DNA from: an uncultured archaeon
Lineage (GTDB): Archaea > Asgardarchaeota > Lokiarchaeia > Sigyniarchaeales > SOKP01
DNA: 64,000 nt
NCBI GenBank assembly: GCA_964525635.1
Contig: CAZGJX010000009.1
Span: forward strand, 1-64,000
Direction of reading: 5' to 3'
Made by a program: the position numbers and the translations under genes. A model generated the notes under the pieces. That model saw only the letters and a list, made by a program, of their open reading frames with translations. It was not told the origin of the DNA and ran no database searches. This document shows, in pieces, positions 39,818 to 52,900 of the stretch. Position 1 is the stretch's first letter, and each line of letters opens with the position of its first letter.

Positions 39818-41452
39818 TTATAATCCCAATAATTCACTCTTTATTTTTACTGAATCAATAAAGTTATTGATTAATTTTGTGTCTTTTATAGGAAAATATA
39901 ATCTAATATTTTTATCAATAATTTTAATGGTTTCTTGATTCAAAAGTAAAGATTGGGAATAATATTTTTGAGCTAAGGGATAATTCTTTGATTTTAGATA
40001 ATGATCTCCTGCAGATATCAAAGTTTGAATAATTATCCTATTCTTTTTATTTAATATTTTTTTCTTATATTTATCAGTTATTTTAATAGGAGGTAGTCTT
40101 TTAATATATTCATCGATAGTATCTGGATTTAAATTATCCTTAATTCTTTTAATTTTATTATTGTCATTATCATGTTTCTTTATTAATTTTAATTTATTAT
40201 CCTGATTATCTGGATATCCTTCAATAAAATGTTTCAGTACTAATTCAATATCTTCTTCTAGGGGAAGTTCTTTTTTTATTTCATGAAAAAAAATATTAAA
40301 AAGAATATAATCCTCAAAAACGCCCGATTCTTTATTGTATTTCAAACTAGGAATATATCCTCTAGGTTTAAATCCAAATTTGGTAAAGATTCTTTGATGC
40401 GTAGGTTGATATGCTGAAACATAACCCTCACAATATCTAATATTATATTCTTTAATAAAGGAGTACAATTTTTGAAGAAATGCATGTAGTTCTTCTAATC
40501 TCGATACTTTATATTGTATATCATCCACATTCCTCAATTCTGAAGTGTATACATATGATAAATATGAATTAGAATCATTTATTGATAACTTGACATTAAT
40601 ATGACCAAATTTATCTTTTTGTTGTGTTTTTATTATATTTTTTTCTAATTCAAGAACTATATTATTTTCTAGTCTTAGATTTGGTTCAATAACTTCTATC
40701 TCATTTAAATTATATTTAATGGATGAATAAATAAATGGTTTCATTACTTCAATTATTATTTTGGGTATTTCTTTACTTCGAAATTGAGTTATTGCTTTTT
40801 TATTATATGCTACTTGTAGAAATTCACTTATTCCTTCTAATTTTTCAAATTTATCTTTATTAGGAAAAAAACCCAAAGGTTCGACGTTACAATGTTTGAA
40901 AAGATATTGGCTTTGAGAACTATTATTAAGTGTTTCAGAGATCCAAAGAAAAATTCGATCTTTATATTTTTTATAAATATATAAATAGATTGCAGTAGTA
41001 GCATTCGTAATATCTGATTTTTCCCAATATTTTTTTAAAATAGCAAAACTTCTTATATAGCCTTTTTTTAATTCAAAATCTATTATAAATGTAATTGTTC
41101 CCATTATCTCATTTTGTTGATTTTTAAATATAAAGACTTCATTATTTTTTGACCTGATTAAATTTTCAACATACTCAACATCTAACATTTCATAAAAACG
41201 AAATTTCACAAAACTATCATTTATTATTTGAATAATATTTTTTGCGTCATCTGGTTTAGCTATTTCAACATAAATATTTTCTTTTTTATCTTGATAAATT
41301 TGTTGTTCCTGATGAGTTATTTCTTGAGATTTATTATCCAATTTTTCACTATAAAATATTATAAACTCTTCAATATAATTTGGTGATAAATCAATTCTAC
41401 TTAAATTTAGAAATTGCTTTTCCTTTTCATTTGTTTTAAAATTATGTTCCAT
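39818..41452 (-). CDS. GNAT-fold protein with helical C-terminal extension
   Basis: AKPDDA..I, KGYIRSFAILKKYW, HQRIF...GFKPRGYIP. Confidence 0.6.
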   Translation of the reverse strand: MEHNFKTNEKEKQFLNLSRIDLSPNYIEEFIIFYSEKLDNKSQEITHQEQQIYQDKKENIYVEIAKPDDAKNIIQIINDSFVKFRFYEMLDVEYVENLIRSKNNEVFIFKNQQNEIMGTITFIIDFELKKGYIRSFAILKKYWEKSDITNATTAIYLYIYKKYKDRIFLWISETLNNSSQSQYLFKHCNVEPLGFFPNKDKFEKLEGISEFLQVAYNKKAITQFRSKEIPKIIIEVMKPFIYSSIKYNLNEIEVIEPNLRLENNIVLELEKNIIKTQQKDKFGHINVKLSINDSNSYLSYVYTSELRNVDDIQYKVSRLEELHAFLQKLYSFIKEYNIRYCEGYVSAYQPTHQRIFTKFGFKPRGYIPSLKYNKESGVFEDYILFNIFFHEIKKELPLEEDIELVLKHFIEGYPDNQDNKLKLIKKHDNDNNKIKRIKDNLNPDTIDEYIKRLPPIKITDKYKKKILNKKNRIIIQTLISAGDHYLKSKNYPLAQKYYSQSLLLNQETIKIIDKNIRLYFPIKDTKLINNFIDSVKIKSELLGL

Positions 41453-41528
41453 AGTTTTTTCTCTTATATTATTATAGTTTTATGTTAAAAGATAAATACT
41501 AAATCATTTCAATTCTAATACATTCTAT

Positions 41529-43028
41529 CTACCATATTTCTAAAATTCCATCTGTCAAATCATCTTCTATATCTTGTTTTATCAAATCTGTGATATGATC
41601 AATTAGTTTTCTTTTGATATCACTTTTTTTATAAGTAGATAATTCGATCTTATTATCTATTTTTTTTATTATCATATCTTGTGAGCACAAAATTCGTTCG
41701 ATTTCTTCTTTTAATCTATGGATATCCAATTTAGCATTACCACTACTAACTAATATACCCAATGCTGCATTACCAATTGCTTGAAATAACTCTTTCTTCT
41801 TGTCAATGTCTATACCTAATAGAATATTTAGTTCCTTTTTTTTATTTTTATTTAATCTGATTATATCATTTGCTATTTTATATTTCCTAATTATATCTTG
41901 GAGATCATCATGATTATTTAAGTTGTCATTTTTATTAATAAATGTATTATAAGAATATTGTTGATAATTCATTTCATCATTATCATTACCAATACTATAA
42001 TTATTGGTATTAATAGTTTCAATGAATTCTATTAATGATCTAGTATAAGCTGCAGCCACTATTGCAGCATAATCTTGCCAATTATCATTTTTATCTAAAT
42101 TAGCATAATCACATATTCCCCTAATTGTAAAATAATATTTTCCTTCACTATATGTAGCATCAACAATTCCAGCGCTCTCCATTTCAATAGCTTTTATACC
42201 ATGCTTTCGTCTTAATTTATCTCTAAGGATCTCATCACGTAAAACAATATTTGCTGACGCGATAGGACCAAAATGAATCATAGGATATCCTTTTATTCTC
42301 CCACAATTTTCTTGATCTGGATGATTTTTTGGAATTAATTTATACTTAAATTGTTCAGTTATCTTTTTTTTTGTAATTTCATGGTTTTCCTCAATAATCT
42401 TACACACCTGCAATATATATTCCTTCCATTTCATTTCAGGTTCAAATCTTTTTAAAATATCTGTTTTTTCATCTGGTCTTTTTTTGTTTAATTGTTGGCA
42501 AGCAGTATTAATATGTTTTACCCAAGGATTTATTCCATTTAATTTTGATTCGGTCTCTAAATAATTTGCATATTCAAGTAATTTTGGATCAGGTCTATTT
42601 GAAACTAATTTTATTTCTTCATCCCTAGTAATGTAATTTCTTAATTTTATATAATCATATTGAATAATTCCCTTTTCATCTGAAACAACAATATCACCTA
42701 GGCGTACATGCTTTTCTATATCATCTTCATTTGGAACACCTGCGGCTATACCCACCATGATTATATGTTCAATTGTTTTATAATCATTTAACATGTTATT
42801 TGCTCTAATTGCTGCTCTATTATTACCTTCGGAAGCCTTAGCGAATACTATATTGCATTTATGATTATTATTTAAATTTATTGTTGCTTCATAATATAAG
42901 TGTCCTCCCCCTTTTTTCTTCTTTGATCTAGGTTTAGCTTCATTAAAGATTGTCCTTAATGCTAAGAGTTCTTTATCTAAAGCAGTAATTAATCCATATT
43001 TAGGTCTAAAATATTTCACTATAATCAA
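41529..43028 (-). CDS. PNP_UDP_1 (Pfs/MTA-SAH nucleosidase-like) domain protein with C-terminal extension
   Basis: MVGIAAGVP, VRLGDIVVS, HFGPIASAN, AIEMESAG, IRGICDYA..KND.WQ.YAA. Confidence 0.85.
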   Translation of the reverse strand: MIIVKYFRPKYGLITALDKELLALRTIFNEAKPRSKKKKGGGHLYYEATINLNNNHKCNIVFAKASEGNNRAAIRANNMLNDYKTIEHIIMVGIAAGVPNEDDIEKHVRLGDIVVSDEKGIIQYDYIKLRNYITRDEEIKLVSNRPDPKLLEYANYLETESKLNGINPWVKHINTACQQLNKKRPDEKTDILKRFEPEMKWKEYILQVCKIIEENHEITKKKITEQFKYKLIPKNHPDQENCGRIKGYPMIHFGPIASANIVLRDEILRDKLRRKHGIKAIEMESAGIVDATYSEGKYYFTIRGICDYANLDKNDNWQDYAAIVAAAYTRSLIEFIETINTNNYSIGNDNDEMNYQQYSYNTFINKNDNLNNHDDLQDIIRKYKIANDIIRLNKNKKKELNILLGIDIDKKKELFQAIGNAALGILVSSGNAKLDIHRLKEEIERILCSQDMIIKKIDNKIELSTYKKSDIKRKLIDHITDLIKQDIEDDLTDGILEIW

Positions 43029-43143
43029 AAAATTTTATTTATTAAGTTTGAAAAATTTTGTGGATAAAATTTTTATCTTTCTTTAAAAAATAGGAGTTAT
43101 TATATTTAATTTTTTTTTAAATATTATTTATCTATAGCATGAA

Positions 43144-43407
43144 AATTCTTATAGAATTAATATTTATTATTTCTTTTTTAATCTCCATTATGTTTATAGT
43201 AATAATTTAAACCAGACATAATAATTTCAAGATTTTATAAATTATAATATTTTATCGGTTAAATGAACTTATTTGATTTAAGATTATTCAATTTAACTCT
43301 GCTTAATTTTATCAATATCATTTTAAATTATAATAAAAATAAAAAGAAAAAAAGGATCTTAGGAACTACTCCCATCATATTATATTATGTTTTCTTCTTC
43401 ATACATC
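43144..43407. repeat. Conserved non-coding element, copy B (AT-rich arm plus partial core)
   Basis: Aligns with 63424-63681 from AATTCTTATAGAATT through TTCATACATC. Confidence 0.9.
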
Positions 43408-43449
43408 CAAATTTAAAAAAAATTTTTATTATTAAAATTAAATATGAAA

Positions 43450-43905
43450 TCAAATCTCAAATTCTTTTTTTACCCATTCTCTATATACAGGATCATCAAA
43501 ATCCTCGTGAGTCATCTCACCATACCTACCCTTCTCAAAATCATCAATACAAATCCATTCCTCAAGCCAGGGTATCCATACAAGATCGAGATCTATTGGA
43601 CGGTCCTGCGGATTAAAACCATGCTTTTTTGCCTCTTGAAACGCAGAACAAGCCGCTCCACAAGCACATTGTAATGTACTTTGTCTATATCTGTGATAAA
43701 GACTGTTCCATTTTTCACTTAAACATTGCCATCTTTTCTTTTGAGAGGGAGTTAATTTCTTTTTTAATATATATAGTCTTTTAAACTTACCTAATCTATC
43801 CAGCTCTTCATTTATTGCTAATTTAAGCACGGTTCTTAAATTATTTCTTATTTGCCTCAAATGCGGATTTTTTAAGATAACCTTGTGGATTTTTTTTGAT
43901 TTCAT
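43450..43905 (-). CDS. Hypothetical Cys-containing protein directly downstream of the giant gene
   Basis: 151 aa; basic N-terminal half, LQCACGAAC and WIPW..WIC motifs. Confidence 0.7.
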   Translation of the reverse strand: MKSKKIHKVILKNPHLRQIRNNLRTVLKLAINEELDRLGKFKRLYILKKKLTPSQKKRWQCLSEKWNSLYHRYRQSTLQCACGAACSAFQEAKKHGFNPQDRPIDLDLVWIPWLEEWICIDDFEKGRYGEMTHEDFDDPVYREWVKKEFEI

Positions 43906-43992
43906 TATAACTCAATTCTTTTTTTAAGTATTTATTTTTTTTGACTCACTTGGTTAAGTAATTTCTATTATTATAATTAATTAAAATAAAAT

Positions 43993-46900
43993 TTAGATTA
44001 TTGGATATATATTATCTCGTAAATACACACTTAAAAACCATTCCCAAAATTTATCCCGTTTATTTTCATCCAAAAATAATCTCGCATTTACAGGACGCCT
44101 TCCCTGCAAAAATAGTTCATAGTCCTCTTCTATTGGTAAATATCGATACCTGTAAAAATCAGGATAACCATTCTTATCATCATTTAGAAAAACTTCATAA
44201 CCTTTTATCTTTACAAGTAACCATCGATCAATCCAATCATTGATTTTATTTATATCTAAATCTTGCCATATTTTAATCTCTTGTCCATCAATCATAACTG
44301 TCTTGCTTCGGAATTCACTTAATAATCGCGATTGATAATCAATCCCATCACTGAAGGGAATTTGAATCAACTCATATAAATGCATTAAACGATGCATCGC
44401 TAACTGCATATTAAAATTAAAATTTGTCGAAAATTCAATTTGAGTGTGGGAACCTCGCATTAATGGAGCTAGAGCAATTACAAAATCCTCAAAAGGTATC
44501 AAATTTTCAGAGAAATCTGCATTTTCTAATTTAAAGATGGTATAGATTGATTTAATTTTCTCTAAATGGTGTCTACTCAGATCCATTTTATACGTTTGAC
44601 CATCCAAAACCGCATCTTTTATGAAATCTAAACCCCAGATATCCAATCCTAAGGTTATTCTTATAAGCTCCATCACCTGAATCTCATAAAGATATCCCCA
44701 ATAAAACTGGATATAATCGTCTTTAATTTCTTCTCCGTTTCTATCAATTATAGCTTCAAGATGATCAAGAGCAAGCTGAGCATATTCAGGAACTATCGTT
44801 GAAATTTTCCTAATTTCGTCAATCATAAGTTTAGCTTGAATATTATTTATGATTCGTCCATTAACCATCTTGCGAGTAAAAAAATTGCGATGATCCTGAG
44901 GAGAGATTGCTATAGCTAATTTGGTTAATGGATATAAACCATTCTGAACTTCTGGAGTGCTAATTTTCGCTTTAGTTAGAGCTAAGAGACTATAAAAGAT
45001 TGCATCAAAATCTAAACGATAACTTTCATCCTTAATCTTACCCTGTAAAATCATTGTCTTAAAAACCAAATCATGTACCTCTTCCTTTAATTTCTTAAAA
45101 TCATCAATATTTCTTAAATTGAAATTCTCTGGATTTGATAAATATACATTAGTAAGTAGTCTAAAATATTTTGAATGCTCTTCCTCAACATCAAGGCCCG
45201 CTTTAAATTTATATAAATATGTCTTCCCCATTCCAAGCTGTGTTGAAAGTCTTTGAATAGTAAAACTATCATCGCTGTATTTTGAGAAAATATACTGCAA
45301 ACTACTAACAATATCATTAAAAATAAAATAATCTAAAGCATGAATCATTGAATTCTGAACTGTCTTAATTGAGTTATAGAAAGGGTTAGTCTCTATGAAT
45401 AATTTTATCTTTATAAAAACATTAACTTGAGGATTAAATGTTGTTTTTTCAATATTGGTTGATTCAATATTTTTTATCCAATATCCTACTATATCAGGAG
45501 TAATTCCAAGCAATTTTGCCAGATTTATATTTGTAATTTTATTTTCATCTTGATTAAAACAAGCAAATTTGTCCTCACCTTCAACAAAAGTAAAATCAAG
45601 CTGATTTCCTGTATTTCGGGCATTAGATACAAGTTGTTCTTGATATGTATATATAATATTTAATAATGTCTTTATAGATTTTGTCTTTAAATTATCATTA
45701 TCATTTATTCCATAATGCAAATTTGGACTGTATGGATCGAAAGAAGGAGCAGGAGATCCCATAATGAAGGAACCCACACCATAGATTTCACGCTCCAACT
45801 CTGTTAGAGTTTCCATATCATCTATCTTCTTAAATATTGCTTTTAAAACATTAAAATTTATAGAACCATAAGCCCCAGCAGTCTTTTCATAAACAATATA
45901 TCCTTCATATTCTGTTTTACTTAATTTTTCTAAGGTATTATCTAATCTTTGTAAATCAAAATAAGAATACTTATCAATCAATTGAAGTAGTCTTTTGTTG
46001 TAGAAACCTTGAAATTTAGACGCAGTTTGGATATTATAATTTATTGTTTCAAATTTTTCTTCTTTTTCTTTAACTTGGTCCCATATTAATTCATTCCTTT
46101 CTTTAATCCAATTACCTATTCGAATTTCATTAAATTTATCTGCTAATTCATTCCTTTTAACGTCTTTAGGATTTGGATTTATTTCTGGAAAAGTAATACA
46201 AATTGGTATATCATCAATGTCTACTTCTTGTTGTCCTCTAAACCGAGCGTTAAGATCTGCGCCATCCAATTCTGAAGGAGTTTTCATTTGTCTCTCTAAA
46301 TTTTGAAGGAACATATTCTCTGATGAAAATGTCCTATCAATATCAGAAACTACTGATGTATAGGTAGAGACTTTATTTTTTCTATAAGCTTGGATTTTCG
46401 ACTGTATTTTTCCATATATTTTAGGAGAGTTTTCAGAAATATCTTTTCCTATATTGTTAAAGATTTTATTTATTGTTCCTAATCCTAATGGGGCATAGAA
46501 GATAGTTGGAATTGCAAGAAGAACACATTTAAAGAGGTTTGATCCAAGTATTTTTTTCCAAGTTGATTTTTCTTTTTTATTTTCATTTTCTAAGGCAATT
46601 TGTTGTTCACGCTCTTGTGCAAGTCTCTGTTCTATTTCAAGAATAGTATCAATATCTCCTTGTTCTATAGCTTGAATGAGTGCAATTTGCGTCTGAAGAT
46701 TTGAGTTATCACCGAAAATAAGCTGTCCTATGGGACCTGTAATTTCCCTAAATGAGGTTCCTAGAGAAGATAACCAATAAGCCATATCTTCTGTACCACC
46801 CATAAAATCAACAAAACTTTCTGCCAACGTCTCTATTAATCCATCTTGTATTATTTCCTGAAAGACTTCTTTAATTGGTGCTGTAATAAACATGCTAAAA

Positions 46901-49900
46901 ATACTTTGAACAATAGATTTTTTAAAGGAAGCCATTAAGGAATCTAAAGCTGATTTTGCCAACATATTTCCTGCAGAAGATAATCCTGATAGAACGCCCG
47001 CTGAAGCTGCCATTGAGCCTAGATAGGCGGCGGGAGCACTAATTAATGTAGACCAATATGTTAGAGTCTCAGTATATGCAATTTCGGCAATCATGTTAGC
47101 AGATACTGAAGCGTATGTATATTGATTAAAAAAATCCATAATCGCATAGGTAGTCCCTTGAGTTAAAGCCAATCTATGAGTATCTATTGAGGTATCTGGT
47201 ACAATTATATCAAAGATTATATGTACTTTAAAGTAAATTTGATTTTCTTTCAAATTATATAAATCATCAAAATTAGAATACTTCTCATAAATAATATCTT
47301 CCAATGATCTCATAAAGTAAAGATTTCCATTCTCTATAACAAAGTAAGAATTATTTACTTCAATGTATTGATAAATATAATAATCATCGCAATCTAGTAC
47401 TCTTTGAATAACATCAATATATATTTCTTTAATAGGATAATCAAAACCATTTTCATTAATAGGAATTTTAGCTTCATAAAATTGGGATTCTATTAGATCA
47501 AGATTACTCGTATATACTCCCAAAGAACTGTTATTATTAATATTCTGAGCTTTAATCGTAAGATGTCCGACTTTTGGGTTAATTTGTTGATATCTCGTCT
47601 CACTTACGACTATTGGTCTATATAAAGAAGATAATGGTAATATTCCTTGATATTGGAGGGAATTTCTATCAATAAATTCATATTCAGGTATTCCATTTAT
47701 GCAAGTAGGTAAAATAGAATTGAACTTTCCATTAGATGCTGTTCTGACCATATCTTGAAGTGCTCCAAGTGTATTTTCTCGATAATCATTATAAGTAAAG
47801 GAACTAGCATCAACTAAATCAAATGAATAATGAGACATTCCAGATCTACCATTATAAGCAAATAACTCATTTGTGAGTAAGAAATAATCAATATTAATAT
47901 CATCAAAATCAAGAGCAGTAAAAGTATCTGGATCTGATTCTCCCATATAGTAGAAATTTTCATATAATAATTCAAAAAATCCTCCAAAGGAATCAGACAT
48001 TCGATTATCATTACTAGGAGATACTAATAACATAGCGGTATATTGCTCTTCTGGTGATCCACCAATTACTTTTGTATAATATCCCCCAGGGTGACCTATT
48101 AAAGCAGCTACAGTTGAATCTTTAAGAATTCTATCAAACCACATTCTTTCATTTAATGAAATTGGATTGTTCTTCTCTTTATCGATTGGATAATAAGTGA
48201 CAGCACGGTTTATCGAATCAGATTCATGAACCTCTAAATCGATAAAGAATTTAGTAAGTAAAGTGTATATTCCAAAATATGCTGCCATTGCCCCAACTTG
48301 AGCGAATGCTGCTAAATATACTGAAGCAGTCATAGCTGATTGAACCATTTTAGATATTATGGATGTTGTAGTGACTATAAATGTCTGCTCAACAATATCT
48401 CGTGATAATTGGTCTTTATAAATTTTCCATGTATCTGAGTAAGTTCTATGTCTTATCTCATAAAACAGAGTTGAAAATTTTGGATTAGAGGATATATCAA
48501 CTAGTTTATAAATTTCAAAGATATGGTCTTTAGGTTTATATTTTTCCCATATTTTATCTTCTTTGGGAAATAATAAATCTTCATTTCTGAGCTTACCAAA
48601 ACGATAAATCCAATCTGAACCAAATTTAACTTTTTCTGATGATAAATCATAGAAATCAGTTCTATACGTTTCATATCCATTTATCTTTTCATAAGGTACA
48701 AGATCATGAATTCCATCATAATTAAGTCCTATGGATATAACATCATATATAGGAATTCCATCCTCTTTAGTCGAATTCTCAGCACTAAGAATATAAACAG
48801 TCTCATAAAAGTCATCAAGATTAGAATCAACATAGAAATAATGGCCATCTGTTTTTGCATTATTATTACTAAATAATTTTATATCTCCTGAATAGTAAAC
48901 TTGACCATCTTGGGGAGTTAACATAATTCCTTCAGTTAAATATTCAACATAACCGTTATCGTATGTATTTGCTCTTGATTGAATACCATAATCATTATAT
49001 AAGCTGAATCTATTTGGAATTCTAATATATATTTCTCTTTCAAATATATTTGTTGTGTAGGTGTAATCTTCTCCAATTATTTGAAGAGAATCCAACTTAA
49101 GAGGGACATTATCAGGTCCCCACGTCTCTCCTATCCATGATATGTTCATAGGATCTGTAAAAGATAAATTTGGATCAAAACTAATTACAATTTGTTCTCC
49201 TGTTATAGTATTAGTTATGCTATGTTCTGATATTCTTGTTTTAAATAGCTGATTAATATCATATGATTCACTATTTTTAAAATCATCAGAATAGATTCGT
49301 TGTTCTTCAATTTCACCTTCATTATCAAAATCAATAATAGTTAATCTTTCTTGAGTGAAACTTTCTTTATATATTGAAGTTATATTTTCTTTAAATTTCC
49401 TATATGTCGCTCTTAAATATTCTTCATTATTTTTTACGTGATCTGTACAATTACTAAAATCTCCTAAATCGAGGATATCTTCTGTTAATGCCTCATTGAA
49501 GACTAAATCTTCACGTGAATTAGAAGTAAAACTATCAATACTTCTTTCTATATATTCACCTAAATAAGAATAAATATCTTGATACTTTGCCGATAATATC
49601 GTCTTTTTAAAAGTTGTTACTTCGTATTTCGTTAAAATTTCATTTCTTTCATAATCTAATTGTTTATCATTTAATCCATCTAGATTTTCATCGATTATAA
49701 TACTATAATATTCATAATAATTTGATTCTTCCTTTGATATTTGTCTATATTCAGATTTTTGTGCCCAATAATCCACATCAGGTAACATCATACTTGCAAT
49801 TCCATCTATCAAAGTGGGTATGCATAGAAGCATAGATAGTAATTTTAATACATTAAAATTATAACTTGCAAATACAGTATCATCAATATCAAACCATTTT

Positions 49901-52900
49901 GTTTGGACTTCATCTTCAGAGTCTCTTATAATTTTACTTTGATATCCCTTGAAATTTTGAATTATTGTATGCCAAATGATTTCTCCTTCATTCTCAGAGT
50001 CAGATATACCATATTTAATAACATCAATAATTCCATCTCTATCAAGATCAAGAGTATGCTTATATTCTATTGTTCCATCGAAATCTATATCTGCTTCATA
50101 AATAATTGAACTTTCATCATAATAGAGTTCAAAATTATCATATAATCCTGAATTATATTTCAATAATTCATAATCAATACTTATATCTGGATTTAGACAA
50201 TATGGAATTGAATTAAAACTGGTAAGATCACTTGTTATAAGTTCAGAATTTTCAGCTAATAAAACCTGTCCTGAATAACTTATGTAATTAAAGTTAATAT
50301 CGACATGATTATAAAAACTTTCCGTAGGATCTTGTAAATAGGTTTCATTGAAATTTTCCATTAACTGAATCTCGGAATAGCTTGAAATTGGTCCATAGCT
50401 GTAATTTAGAATTACTGTTATGAGATCAAATTTATTTAATCCCGCACTTTCGAGATTTACAATGGTCAAAGAATTATTATCGGTATTAAAATTAAGATTA
50501 TAATTATCATTATTTGTTAGAATTTCGGTCTCAAACGTTGGGGTTAATCCTACCACTTTATATAAACCTACATTAATAAAATCATCTTGGAAACTGAGAT
50601 CTCCTATATCAAATGTATGAGTATATGTAGTTATATCTTTATACGCGGTAAATGACTCATAATAATATTGGGTAACTCTATACTCTACCTCATCTCTAAA
50701 TGAATAAGCAATATTCTCATAGGAATGGGAAGATTTGAAATAATCTTGATACCAATTATAATGCTCTGGTCGTAAAAGATTGTTATAATTATAAATAACT
50801 CTAATTGATTCAAGATCGATATTTTCCTGTTCTATTCTAATTGGTTTTGTCCATGAGGTGGAGGTACAGTATTGGAAATATAGAGTCTTATTAGGAGCAA
50901 TTATTAGTGGCTCCTCCCATTCCATCCCAAAATACTCTGGAAATTGATTAAATTCTGGATTCCATGTAAATGAATGGTTATCTTGGTTATAAAGAAGTTG
51001 ATATTGATCTCCTATAATTCCTGCACTATAATAATTACCATCCTCATCGAATATGTTTAAATATTCTATCCATTCGGTATTTGGGTAAAAAAGAGGCTCA
51101 TTTTCTAAGGATAGTTGATAACAATCATTTGTAGGATCATTACTCGCTCTAAACATCTCAATTTCACTATATTGCCATACTCTACTTTTATATGATCCAT
51201 ACTCAGAAGTAGGCTCATAAGCATCTTTAACGATAATGATCTCATTAATCGTTAATTCATAACAAGGATTTGGTACGGAAAAGACTATATTGCTGAAATC
51301 TAGAGAATCCTCCCCCATTAATTCATAGAGCGATGTGAAATTAAGATCAATTTTCACTGCTTTAAACCTTCCCGAGATTTCAGTATCAAATGGAGTTGGT
51401 CGTAGAGGTATATTGTAATAATAATCTTCTGTAAATTGTAAATATGATTGGGGTGTATCAGCATTGATAAACATAAGTTGTGCTTTCTCGATATCTGGAT
51501 GATAATTGTTCTCAAAATACATTTTCCCTATTGCCATTGATATTCCTTTTTTAACTGGGGAATTATAACGGATTGCAAGAATTTCTCCTATTTTGAAAGA
51601 TGTTGTCTCATTTGTTATAGGATCTATATATTTCCTTGGTATTCTCAATACATACGATAATATCTTACCATTATCATCATTAAGGGTATCATATACAATT
51701 GGGGTATTTTCTGGAAAAATTAGGTGCTCTAATCTTTCATTAAATACATAAGCAAGTTCATACTCTGAATTAGTATTATTAACTAATAAGTCATATTCTA
51801 AATGAATATCAATATACTCAATATTATTACCAGAGTATGAAAGAGAATCATCATTAACATCAATTGTTTGAACTCTTGCAATACCAATATCATTATCATT
51901 TGAATATTCTTGATCCTCTCTAAAAAGAGGTATAAATACTATTCTTTGTAGTGAATTTAATTCATTAGGTAATTCTACTTTAATATTATTATCATACATT
52001 TCAAGCTCTTCTTTTAAAATATATTGAGTATAAGTAAGCATATTTCCTAAAAGATCATACAGCTCAATCTTTAGGTACTCCAAGCTCTCCAAATTCTTGA
52101 TATTTGTATCTATATAGAGTGCTGTATAATTACCTGCATGAATCTGATCAAGTAGTAAAGAATCATATTCTCCTAATTCTCCTGCTATATCAAATTCTAA
52201 TTCCTTTCCATCATCTAAATATGCGGCAATCTGAGAAGAATGACATACTACTTTGGTTAATGTTGATTCTTCCTCATTAAGATAGTAATAGGCATCCAAA
52301 TTTGGAAAAACATCAACTCCATCAACACTGTCTATATCCCAATATATTAAATCAATTGTTTCAGCGATATTATCTGTTGGATCATATATAAATTTATAAT
52401 TAGCAAATTCTTTATCATCTATATTTGAAATAAAGGATATATAAAATTCCTTGTTAATGAGATCAGGGGATACTAATTCATTTCCATCATCCTTAATTAA
52501 AATATATCCTGTCAATTCCCCATATAAATACTCAACTATATAATGAGATTGATCTAGAAATTTCATTACTCCATTATTATCGAAATAGTATATATTAACA
52601 GATGTAAATCTCTCGTTTGTCATAAGAGTCTCAAGATAAGAATCAAGCTCATCTGGAAAATAATTATATATATATCCATTCTCCCAAGGTACATAGTACT
52701 CCGCTTTTATTTCAAACTTCCTTTCAAAATAATCTCTCTGATTGAGTCGATATGATAAATAGAGACTGTAGGTATCATTTATTGAGACTGAATAATCAAA
52801 TGGCGAAATAATTGATCCCCCACTGAGCTTTCGATATTTCTCCCTATAAATAATATCTGAAGAATTTGAAGCTCCAAATTGGGTATCAAATGTATTGGAA

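Noticed and set aside
43263-43674. Plus-strand ORFs of 117 and 76 aa
   Set aside because: Overlap repeat copy B and are antisense to the better 43450-43905 ORF
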